A DNA stretch of 64,000 nucleotides, from NCBI RefSeq assembly GCF_018350175.1, contig NC_058368.1:205284001-205348000 (forward strand), in the 5' to 3' direction. Both the position numbers and the translations under genes were made by a program. A model generated the notes under the pieces. That model made no database searches and was not told the origin of the DNA. It saw only the letters and a program-made list of their open reading frames with translations. Origin of the DNA: Felis catus. Lineage: Eukaryota. Of the stretch, positions 39,961 to 50,965 are shown in pieces; the first letter of the stretch is position 1, and the number at the start of each line of letters is the position of its first letter.

Positions 39961-40916
39961 AAAAAAATAATCATTTATATGTAAATGCCAGGTGTCACCT
40001 TCTGCTTAGAATGTAGAAAGTTATAAGAGAATGCCATTCCTGGAGGGGCCAAGATGGCAGAACAGCAGGGAAGTTTTTTTGCGTCTCGTGTCCATGAAAT
40101 ACAGCCAGATCAACATTAAACCATCCTGCACACCTAGAAAACTTATTTGAGGATTAACAACAATCTGCACAACCTGAACCACAGAACTCATCAGGTACAT
40201 GGTGGGGAGAGGTGAACTAGGGGAGAGAGAAGCTGCGGAGGGCAGGAAGCTATTTTTGCTTGTAGAGACAGGACAGAGATGGGGGGAGAGTATGGGAAAA
40301 GCACCCCCACCAAAAGCAGCTGGAGAGAAAGTGGAAAAGTGGAAACAGCCACAGGGACTGAACTAAAAAGGGAGAAAGGAAAAAAGAGAGGGTTTAAATT
40401 CCATTAAGACTCTATAAGCAGGAGAAGCACAGAGTCTGAAACTCCAGCACTCGATAACTCGTGGTGCGCTGGTGGGAAAGGAGAATCCCCAGGAGCAGAG
40501 AGTGAAGTCCAGGGGTCCTCGGGCCACACAGGGAGAAGCAACTCACCTACTGGGAGGACATTTGGTAGAGGCTATGAAGACACCTGGTCCCAGCAGACCT
40601 CAGAGATCAACCACATTCACTGGTGCTGTAACAAGGACATTAAGGGTGAAGCCTGGTGCCAGATGTGTGTTGTGACTTACCATAATCCTTGAAACAGTGT
40701 GGCTACAAAATCATGTGAACTTTTACTGGGGCGGGCTGGCAGCCAGCCATAGTCTCTGGGCATCGGCAGCAGCATGTCCCACGAACATTCCTGGGGGCGG
40801 CCGTCACCTGGCCATTGCTTGGTGAGACCCTGCCCCAGAGGATCTGAGCAGGTCAAAGCCACAGTCCCTCAGAAGTGAGGGATTGGGAAGTGAAGGTTTT
40901 ATCTCAGGAGGGAAAT

Positions 40917-41143
40917 GGGGTGCCTGGGTGGCTCAGTCAGTTAAGCATCTGACTTCAGCTCAGGTCACCATGACTTCAGCTCATGAACCATCATGAGATC
41001 GAGCCCTGTGTTGGGCTCTGTGCTGACAGCTCAGAGCCTGGAGCCTGCTTCAGATTCTGTGTCTCCCTCTCTCTCTGACCCTCCCCTACTCATGCTCTGT
41101 CTCTCTCTCTCTCTCTGTCAAAAATAAACATTAAAAATTAAAA
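40917..41143 (+). mobile_element. Can-SINE in L1 5'UTR
   Basis: TSD ctcaggagggaa; internal duplication of tgacttcagctca. Confidence 0.92.
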
Positions 41144-41612
41144 AACTCAGGAGGGAAGTGCCACCTGGCAACCTGATGGCTAGGTCATGGACAGTGTAAA
41201 AGTGGGGAGTAGACAGATCGGAGACAAAGGACAGGTGCGCAATTGCTGACTGGGGAGAACAGAGTTCCGATACTAGAGACTGGGTACCTGGGTGATGCCA
41301 TTTTCACCCTTCCCATGCATGCACATACACACCTACAAGCACCACAACAATCCACCCCAGTAAGCTAAGTAGCACCATCTAGTGGAGAACGGAGCTGTTA
41401 CACTAAGCCCCACACAACTGGGCCAACCTTGCTCTTCAGGAACACCACAAGTCTCTCCGCCTGCTTAGTTTACAGACTATAAAGTGCTTCATAATTTGAC
41501 TTCTAGGGGAAAACGATGTAATTTCAATCATATTTCAGTCAGTTCACTGGTCCATCTATTCAATTTTTTTCTGTTTATATTCTTTTTCTTGAATACAAAA
41601 ATTGAAAATTGT

Positions 41613-41834
41613 ATTTTTTTTAATTTTTTTTCAACGTTTATTTATTTTTGGGACAGAGAGAGACAGAGCATGAACAGGGGAGGGGCAGAGAGAGAGGGAG
41701 ACACAGAATCGGAAACAGGCTCCAGGCTCTGAGCCATCAGCCCAGAGCCCGACGTGGGGCTCGAACTCACGGACTGAGAGATCGTGACCTGGCTGAAGTC
41801 GGACGCTTAACCGACTGCGCCACCCAGGCGCCCC
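41613..41834 (-). mobile_element. Young felid Can-SINE in L1
   Basis: TSD gaaaattgtattttt. Confidence 0.95.
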
Positions 41835-43085
41835 AGAAAATTGTATTTTTATTTTCAATTTTTATTAAAAACAATTTCTTTAATTTTTTGCTCCTATATT
41901 TTTTGCATTTTTGTAAATTTTTCAACTTCTATTTTACCTCTTTCATTTCATTTCATTTTATTCTATTTCATTGTATTCATTTTTCCAATTTTCAAGCATT
42001 TTCCTTTTTTTTTTTCTCTTTTCCCTTTTTTCTCTAATCTATCAACCTCCTTTCAACAACCAGACCAAAATACACCTAGGATCTAGCATCATTTATTTGA
42101 TTTTTGCGTGTGTGTGTGTGGTTTTTAATTCTTAATTTTATTTTTTTTACCTTATTAATTCCTTTTCTTTCTTCAAAATGACAAAATGAAGGAATTCACC
42201 CCAAAATAAAGAGCAGGAAGAAACAACAGCCAGGAACTTAATCAACACAAATACAAGCAAGATGTCTGAACAAGAATTTAGAATCACAATAAGAATACTA
42301 GCTGAGGTTGAAAATAGATTAGAATCCCTTTCTGTGGAGATAGAAGTAAAAGCTAGTCAGGATGAGATAAAAAAAATGCTATAATTGAGCTGTAATCTTG
42401 AATTGATGCCACAGCAGCAAGGATGGATGAGGCAGAGCAGTGAATCAGTGATACAGAGAACAAACTTATGGAGAATAATGAAGCAGAAAAAAAAAAGAGG
42501 GAGACTAAGGCAAAAGGGCATGATTTAAGAATTAGAGAAATCAGTGACTCATTAAAAAGGAAGAACATCAGAATCACAGGGGTCCCAGAAGATGAAGAGA
42601 GAGAAAAGGGGATAGGGTAGAAGGATTATGTGAGCAAATCATAGTGAAAAACTTCCCTAACCTGGGGAAAGACACAGACATCAAAATCCAGGAAGCACAG
42701 AGAACTCCCATTAGATTCAACAAAAACTGACCATCAACAAGGTCTATCATAGTCAAATTCACAAAATACTCAGGCAAGTATGAAAACAGCAAGGGAAAAA
42801 AGTCCTTAACCTACAAAGGAAGACAGACAGGTTTGCAGCAGACCTATCCACAGAAACTTGACAGACCAGAAAAGAGTGGTAGGATATATTCAATGTGCTG
42901 AATCAGAAAAATATGCACCCAAGAATTTTATCCAGCAAGGCGGTCATTCAAAATAGAAAGAGAGATAAAAATTTCCCAGACAAACCAAAACTAAAGGAGT
43001 TTGTGAGCACTAAACCCGCCCTGCAAGAAATTTTAAGGGGCACTCTCTGAAGGGAGAAAAGACAGAAAAAAAAAAAGACCAAAAG

Positions 43086-43608
43086 TGTGGGGGGCGGGGC
43101 CCCAGCGCCAGGCTGAGACCAGGTCGAGCAACGTTCCCTCTTGACTCAAGCCAACCCGGTGGTTCCCCCTCCCATTCCCCCACTTTCAAGGGCATACGAA
43201 AGCCTTGTCAAGGCTGAGAAAGTTAATTCCTGAAGCCTGTGGTCTGCAGGTGTTGGCAGTAATGCTACCTCCCTTTTTCTACCCCGAGTCAGATAGAAAC
43301 AAACATGGGAACTGTATTTTGCTAGCAATCTATCAACAAGGTCATGTGACCCGTTCAGAAAGTTCACAAGGTATACAGAACTAAATGTTTTGGCTGGCAG
43401 TGATCATGTGAAACCTGTTTATTCTTAGAATGACCTGATCCATAAGAGTCTTATATTATAAAAGATTGTGTACAGCAACAATAAAGCCATCACTTGGGCC
43501 ATCAGCCCAGGGGACCCTCCTGTTCCCAAACTTTCTCTTCTCTCTTTTTTCTTGCATTCTCCTACCCTCAGGACCCTGACCTCGGTGTTTGTCATGCCGG
43601 TCGCGACA
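43086..43608 (+). mobile_element. ERV solo LTR, probably class II (betaretrovirus-like)
   Basis: TG...CA ends (tgtggggggcgg ... gtcgcgaca), exact 6-bp TSD caaaag (43080-43085 / 43609-43614), TATA-like tattataaaa at about 43454 and aataaa at about 43480. Confidence 0.88.
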
Positions 43609-45719
43609 CAAAAGCAACAAAGACTGGAAAGGACCAGAGAACACCACCAGAAACTCCAACTCTACAAGCAACATAATGGCAATAAATGCACATCTTTTAG
43701 TACTCACTCTAAACGTCAATGGACTCAATGCTCCAATCAAAAGTTACAGGGAAACAGAATGAATAAGAAAACAAGATCCATCTATATGCTGTTTATAAGA
43801 GACCAACTTGAGACCTAAAGACACCTTCAGATTGAAAGTAAGCAGATGGAGAACCATCTATCGTGCTAATGGCCATCAAAAGAAAGCTGGAGTAGCTATA
43901 CTTATATCAGACAATCTAGACTTTAAAATAAAGACTGTAACAAGAGATGAAGAAGGACATTATATCATAATTAAGGGGTCTATCCACCAAGAAGACCTAA
44001 CAATTGTAAATATTTATGCTCCAAATATGAAAGCACCCAAATATATAAATCAATTAATCACAAACATAAAGAAACTCATTGATAATAATACCATAATAGT
44101 AGGGTACTTCAACACTCCACTTACAGCAATGGACAGATCATCTAAGCACAAAATCAACAAGGAAACAATGGCTGTGAATGACACACTGGACCACATGGAC
44201 TTAACAGATATATTCAGAAGATTTCATCCTAAGCAATGGAATATGTATTCTTCTCCAGTGCACATGGAACGTTCTCCAGAATCGATCACATACTGGGACA
44301 CAAATCAGCCCTCAACAAGTACAAAAAGATCGAGATCATACCATGCATATTTTCAGACCACAGCACTATGAAACTCGAAATCAACGACAAGAAAAAATTT
44401 GGAAAGATAACAAATACTTGGAGACTAAAGAACATCCTACTAAAGAATGAATGGGCTAACCAAGAAGTTAAAGAGGAAATTAAAAAGTACATGAAAGCCA
44501 ACGAAAATGATAACACCACAGCCCCAAACCTCTGGGATGCAGCAAAGGCAGTCATAAGAGGAAAGTATATAGCAATCCAGGCCTTCCTAAAGAAGGCAGA
44601 AAGATCTCAACTACACAAGCTAACCTTATGCCTTAAGGAGCTGGAAAAAGAACAGCAAATAAAACCCAAAACCAGCAGAAGACAGGAAGCTGGTTATTTG
44701 AAGAATTAACAAAATTGATAACCCCCTAGCCAGTTTGATCAAAAAGAAAAAGGAAAGGACCCAAATAAATAAAATCAAGAATGAAAGAGATCAAAACTAA
44801 CACAGCAGAAATAAAAACAATAATAAGAGAATATTATGAGCTATTATATGCTAATAAAATGGGCAATATGGAAGAAATGGACAAATTTCTAGAAACATAT
44901 ACACTACCAAAACTGAAACAGGAAGAAATAGAAAATTTTGAACAGATTCATAACCAGTAAAGAGACTCTTAAATATGGAGAACAAACAGAAGGTTACTGG
45001 AGGGGTTGTGGGAGAGGGCATGGGCTACATGGGTAAGAGGCATTAAGGAATCTACTCCTGAAATCATTGTTGCAGTATATGCTAACTAACTTGGATGTAA
45101 ATTTAAAAAATAAATTAAAAATAAATAAGTAAAATAAAAAACAATTATTATTTTGATTAGGATTATAATAATGCTTGTATTAACTTTAAGATAATTAACA
45201 TCTTTTTAATATCAAGTTTTTTTATAAAAGAACATGTTCAATTATAAATTTTTCAATTATAATTTATATTTAAATTTTTTTCACGTCTGATTTACACAGT
45301 CATGATGTTTATTCCATACTATATTTGCTCATCTAATATCAATTGTAAATGGAATTGTATTTTCCATTATGTCTTCTAACTGCTTGTGGTTTTCATATTT
45401 TAAAAATATTGATTTTTGGTTATTAATATATGCTAATATTCTGTTAGATTATAAAATATTAGGAGCACATATCACCATTAGGTGATAGTTTCACCTATTA
45501 TTTCCAGTTGTAACATTTTGCTTTTTTTTTTCTTCCCTCTAATTGCACTGGTTAATAGCTCAAGTGCAAGGTTAAAATAGCAATGATGTTAGTGGATATG
45601 TTTATCATTTGGTCATAGTATATTTTTTAATGTGATCTGCTAATATTTCATGTGGGACTTTTATATGGACATTAATAACTGAGTTAACATGTAGTCTTTA
45701 AAAAAAAGAGAGAGAGAGA

Positions 45720-47600
45720 GAGAATGCCATTTCTACCCTAACAGTAACAGGCCAGATAACCAATGAAATAATAGTTTATTAAAAATTCATCAGAGAGATA
45801 AATATGGGGGGAAATATATAATGAATTAATAAAATCCAGAAACTTATAAACCTCTCTCTGGCGTGAAGAGACCCAACAGTTTTCTTTCATCCTAAGTGAA
45901 GGAGTGGAAAAGGAGATACCTGCAGAGAAATAGGTAAAAAGAAAACTGCTGAACTTTTAAAATAATTTTGATTTTGTAGACCAAGTGTGGTAGTTTAGAA
46001 TCCTTGATAGTTTAGAATCCTTAGGACAGAGTATGCCCACCTTCAATACTTCCTCATGGGCCTTCACAGAGTGATCATGAGAAATACTGGGGCTAGGTTA
46101 GGAATGCTGAAAGAAACCTTCAAGCACTGGGGTTTTATGATGATTGATACAAGGCAGCAGGCACCTAATTTTAGTGGAAGGGCAGGAATGCTGAAAAAGA
46201 TCTGCTCCTCTAAGGTACATTGTGAAGGACCTCATGAACTCTGAGGGCAGGAAAGGAGAAGAGAGACAAGTTCTATGAGTTCTCGGGGCCTAACACTGAG
46301 TTAGAGACAGTGATAACTTATGACTGGGAGAGGGGCAAGAAAGCTGAAAGGGATTCTCCTCTGAGGTGTAATCATAGGCAGTTTCTTGCAGTCTTGAGGC
46401 AGCAGAGGAGGAATGAACTGAACTCTTTAGGTACTTGGGATTCCCAGCGAGTACCAAGCAATGACTGATTTTGGATGGGGGCAGAGGCAAGAATGTTGAA
46501 GAACATCCCTCTGAGATGCAGACAACCAGGACCTGAGGAAGGCTGAAGGCAAAGCAGGAGAATGGAAACAGATCCTCTAGACACATGTCTGGTAAAAAGA
46601 AAATTCTGATCCCTTGAACAAATTATTATTGAAGTCTGTGGTGAAATAAATCCAACTAAAGAAATAGCCAAGCCAAGATTCAATTCAATTACAGATGAGA
46701 TTGACTCATCTCCCCACAACTTACCTCCTCTTTTTAGTGGACTGACAAAAGGAATCTGCCCTTTTCTGGGTATAGCTATTATTTTCCTCAGCTTCTGTAT
46801 CAAACCATCAATCACGCACACACAAAAAGTGACTTGTTCTTAAGGGAGAAAACAGTCAATTAAAACCTTATCCAAAGATGGTCCAATACTAGAATTATCA
46901 GAGGGATTTTAAAATAACAATAATAAATATATTAAGAAATTTCATGTAAAAGGTGGGTAACGTGTGAACAGATGGGGAATTATAGAATAAAAATGAAAAC
47001 TATAAAAAGGAGCCAGATGATAATCCTAAAAATGAAAAAAAAAAGATGAAGAATTATTTTGATGGGCTTATTAGCATACTGAACACATCACATGAATCAG
47101 TGAATTACAAGATAATTGAAATTATCCAAATTAAAAAAGAAAGAGAAAACATTTTTTAAAAAGGGGAATCAGAAACTCCAGTAACTGTGAAACACTATCA
47201 TATAGGCTATCATTTGCATAGCTGGAGTCCCAGAACAAAAACAACAACAGAGAAAAAGAAATATCATAAGTAATGCGTGAGAATTTTCCAAAATTGATGG
47301 AAGACATCAACTTAAGAAGTTCAGAGAAATCCTAGAAGAGTAAATACAAAGAAAACCACAACTGGGCATATCATAATCATATGGCTGAAACCTAAAGGAT
47401 AAAGATAAAATCTTGATATCAGAGGAAGGAAAGAAATATTACATACAATGAACAATGATGAGAATGATGCCTACCCTGTTATCAGGAAAAAAAAATGAAA
47501 GAGGTGAGCAACGTAATGGTATCTTAAAGTTCTTGGAGAAAAAAGAAAAACTGTTAATTTAGAATTCTATACCCTGTAAAAATGTCCTTTAAAAATGAAG
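45720..47600 (+). mobile_element. Old L1M 5'UTR/ORF1 remnant (starts about 39998 before the young L1; resumes about 48700-48790)
   Basis: ORF1-like ggagtcccagaa, gaattttccaaaattgatg and agaattctataccc; sequence is contiguous across the TSD at 40026/45719. Confidence 0.65.
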
Positions 47601-47604
47601 TCAA

Positions 47605-47867
47605 TGTGGATCCTGAGAAACTTAACAGAAGACCATGGGGAAGGGGAAGGAAAAAAAAAGTTAGAAAAGTTAGAGAGGGAGAGAGCCAAACCATAAGAGA
47701 CTCTTAAAAACTGAGAATAAACTGAGGATTGATTGGGGGGGGGGGGGGGGGAGGGAGGGGAGGGTGGGTGATGGGCATTGAGGAGGGCACCTGTTGGGAT
47801 GAGCACTGGGTGTTGTATGGAAACCAATCTGACAATAAATTTCATATTAAAAATAAATAAATAAAAT
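47605..47867 (+). mobile_element. Short young felid L1 3' end
   Basis: gtggatcctgagaaacttaacagaagaccatggggaagg ... gacaataaatttcatatt, A-tail; TSD aaaaatgaagt(c/g)aa. Confidence 0.9.
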
Positions 47868-47881
47868 AAAAATGAAGTGAA

Positions 47882-48690
47882 AAAATACACTTCTCCAATG
47901 AAGACATCCAGATGACCAACCAACACATGAAAAAATGCTCAACATCACTCATCATCAGGGAAACACAAATCAAAACCACAATGAGATACCATCTCACACC
48001 AGTTAAAATGGCTAACTTTAACAACTCAGGCAACAACAGATGTTGGCAAGGATGCAGAGAAAGAGGATCTCTTTTGCACTGCTGGTGGGAATGCAAACTG
48101 GTGCATCCACTCTGGAAAACAGTATGGAAGTTCCTCAAAAAATTAAAAATAGAACTACCCGACAACCCAGCAATTGCACTACTAGGTATTTATCTAAGGG
48201 ATACAGGTGTGCTGTTTGGAAGGGGCACATGCACCCCAATGTTTATAGCCGTGCTATCGACAATAGCCAAACTATGAAAAGAGACCACATGGCCATCAAT
48301 GTATGAATGGATAGAGATGTGATATATATACACAATGGAGTATTACTTGGCAATCAAAAAGAATGAAATCTTGCCATTTGCAACAACATGGATGGAACTT
48401 GAGGGTAATATGCTAAGCAAAATTAGATAAAGACAAATATACCTTCACTCATATGAAGAACTTAAGATACAAAACAGATGAACATAAGGGAAGGGAAGCA
48501 AAAATAATATAGGGGCACAAAACATAAGAGACTCTTAAATATAAAGAACAAAGAAAGGGTTGCTGGAGGGTTGTGGGAGGGGGGATGGGATAAATGGGTA
48601 AGGGGCATTAAGAAATTACCTGAAATCATTGTTGCACTATATGCTAACTTGGATGTAAATTTTAAAATTAATTAATTAATTAATTAATTA
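47882..48690 (+). mobile_element. 5'-truncated L1 3' fragment
   Basis: ORF2 C-terminal zinc-knuckle frame (47912-48277, HCWWECKLV), 3'UTR, (TTAA)n tail. Confidence 0.92.
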
Positions 48691-48829
48691 GAAGTGAAGT
48701 CAAAATAAAGACATTTAGAAGCAGGCAAAAACTGAAAGGATTCATCTTATCTACCATAGATTTGAACTGTAAGAAATATTAAATACTAATGGTCTGTGGA
48801 GGAGGGGAGTCAGTAATTTTTTTCTCTTT

Positions 48830-49900
48830 ACTTATTGTATAGATTCAATTGCTATGTCTTCAAGTTCAGTGATCAGTTCTGCAATATCATGACTCCCACC
48901 CACTATATTTTTCACTTCAAAAAATGTAGTTTTAATCCCTGAAAGTCCAATTTAGGTCTTTTTTAACATCTTCTGGCTGTACCTAACATGTACAATATTT
49001 ACTCCAGTTTCTTGAACGTAGGAAGTACAGTTATAGTAATTGTTTACTGTCTTGGTTTATGAATTCTTTTGTGACACATCTGGATTGATTGAATAGATTA
49101 TTTTTCACCTCCTTATGGATAATACCTTGCTTCTTTGCATGCTGATAATTTTTGTTGAATCCTAGACATTATGAATTTTATCTTGTTGGATGCAGTATAT
49201 CTTTGCATTTCTATAAATATTGTTGAGGCTTATTCTGGACTGCTATTAAGCTACTTAGAACCAGTGTGATACATTCAGGTCTTGCTTGTGAGGGTTGTTA
49301 GGAGGAACAAAGCAGCATTTAGTTTATGGTTGACTTTGCCACTATTGAGGCAAAACATTTTTGAGAATTCTATCTATCATCCAGAATAATGGGGTTTCCC
49401 ACAGTGGCTGATGTCTTCTGCAAGTCCTGGGAATTATTCCCTCTAATTCTTTCTGGTGGTTCTTTCTCCAGCCTCAAGTAGCTTCCTCACCCTCATGCAT
49501 AGATCAGTGCTCAGCTGAAAACACACAGAGGATTCTGCAGATTCCCAGAGATTTTTCTCCCTTTCTCTGCATAACTCTCTCCTCTGTGACACTTTCCCTA
49601 TGAACTATGGCTTCCTTGACCTCCCCAGATTCCTTGCTTCATCTTCTCAACTCAAGAAGACCACCAGGCTTTCTCTGGGTTCTCTCTTCCTTGTGGCCTG
49701 GGAAATCTGCAACCAATAACCTGGGGAAATTATAGATCTCATTTCATTTATTTGTTAAGGGAATCACTACCATTCATTGCCTAATGTTCAATATCTTAAA
49801 AACTGTTCTTTCATATATTTTATTAAGTTATTTGTTGCTTGGACAGGAAAGCAAATCTTTTCTCTCTCAATTTACCCTCCATCTTGGCTAGAAACAGAAA
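48830..49900 (-). mobile_element. Old antisense L1M fragment
   Basis: tgtcttcaagttcagtgatc, cttgcttctttgcatgctgataattttt and aaaactgttctttcatatatttt are typical of old L1 5' regions in reverse. Confidence 0.6.
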
Positions 49901-50182
49901 TCTTTATGTCATGCTTTTAAAAATATTCTAGATCTATGTAGTCTGTATATTATGACTGAAATGCTGTTTTTTCCTGAGACCCAGTAAGTAAAAATCCTTT
50001 TCATTCCTGTATGATGTCAAATTTAGAATACAACATGAACTGTGAAGGAAGCAAAACCATCCATAAGTGGGAGCACACACACACAAAAAGAAGGTCATAT
50101 GAAAGGACATTGACTGTATGATATTCACCCTTATTTGCTTACATCCTTGTCCATTTTCATATTCTTCTCTGACATGACTTAC

Positions 50183-50347
50183 TTTTAGGACCAAATGTTC
50201 CTGTATTCCCTGTGATTACTTTCTACTCTGATGAGGGAGAGTAGCATGAGATGTCTAAAAACGCTTTTATATACCAAACATGTATCAAATTTGCAAACTC
50301 TCTTTCATCTAGGTAAGGCAGCCTTGACTACTTTCTCTAAAATTTCT
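50183..50347 (-). pseudogene. Candidate fossil exon, 165 bp
   Basis: Acceptor tttgtgtttcttcacttgtag|, donor AAAA|gtaagt; begins EILEKVVKAALPR*. Confidence 0.55.
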
Positions 50348-50965
50348 CTACAAGTGAAGAAACACAAACATATGCAAGACATATAATTATCTATCAATTT
50401 CATACTAAATTAATGTCTATACTTTAGCCTTCAACTGGAAATGTAATTTAAGAATTTAATTAACTGAAATTAATCTTTGATGTCCCTCTTTTGGACATCC
50501 TTCCTTCACTTCAGATGAACAGATTGGACATAATCAATGATTATGAAGTGATTAATATATAAAATAACATTCTGTCTTCCTAGGTACACTGAAAAGAGGC
50601 AACATGAGTAGCTTATAAATCCTTCTATTATTTGCAGTATAGAGAACAGGCCACCACCTGGTGTTCAAAAACTAAATTGTTTTACTGAAAATTCAGAATA
50701 GAGGGATTGGCTAGAGGTGAATGTTGAATTATGATTATATGATTCAGTGCTATGTTCAGAGGTTGTTGCTTTGAGAAGAGTGGTTATAAAGCTCCAATGA
50801 CTAAACATCTTAATTTAAAACTCATATTACATGTTTCGTGCCAATGAAATGAAAAGGAAATTCATGACATCTCTGATAAAATATTTTTCTATTGCTTCCA
50901 TTTCGCATAATAAAAAATATACTAACAGCATTCATGAAGTATTTACTCTTCAAAAAAAATTTTTA

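Larger units (their letters stand above)
40039..45140 (+). mobile_element. Felid L1: 5'UTR, ORF1 and ORF2 N-terminus fused directly to the 3'UTR (large internal deletion)
   Basis: ggaggggccaagatggcagaacag start; EN-domain ORFs 43808-44709 (AGVAILISD, TIVNIYAPN, SRIDHILG, FSDH); junction near 44960; A-rich tail 45103-45140. Confidence 0.92.

Noticed and set aside
43808..44709. Longest ORFs (187 and 157 aa) as a functional endonuclease gene
   Set aside because: Frameshifted L1 ORF2 EN domain within a defective L1.
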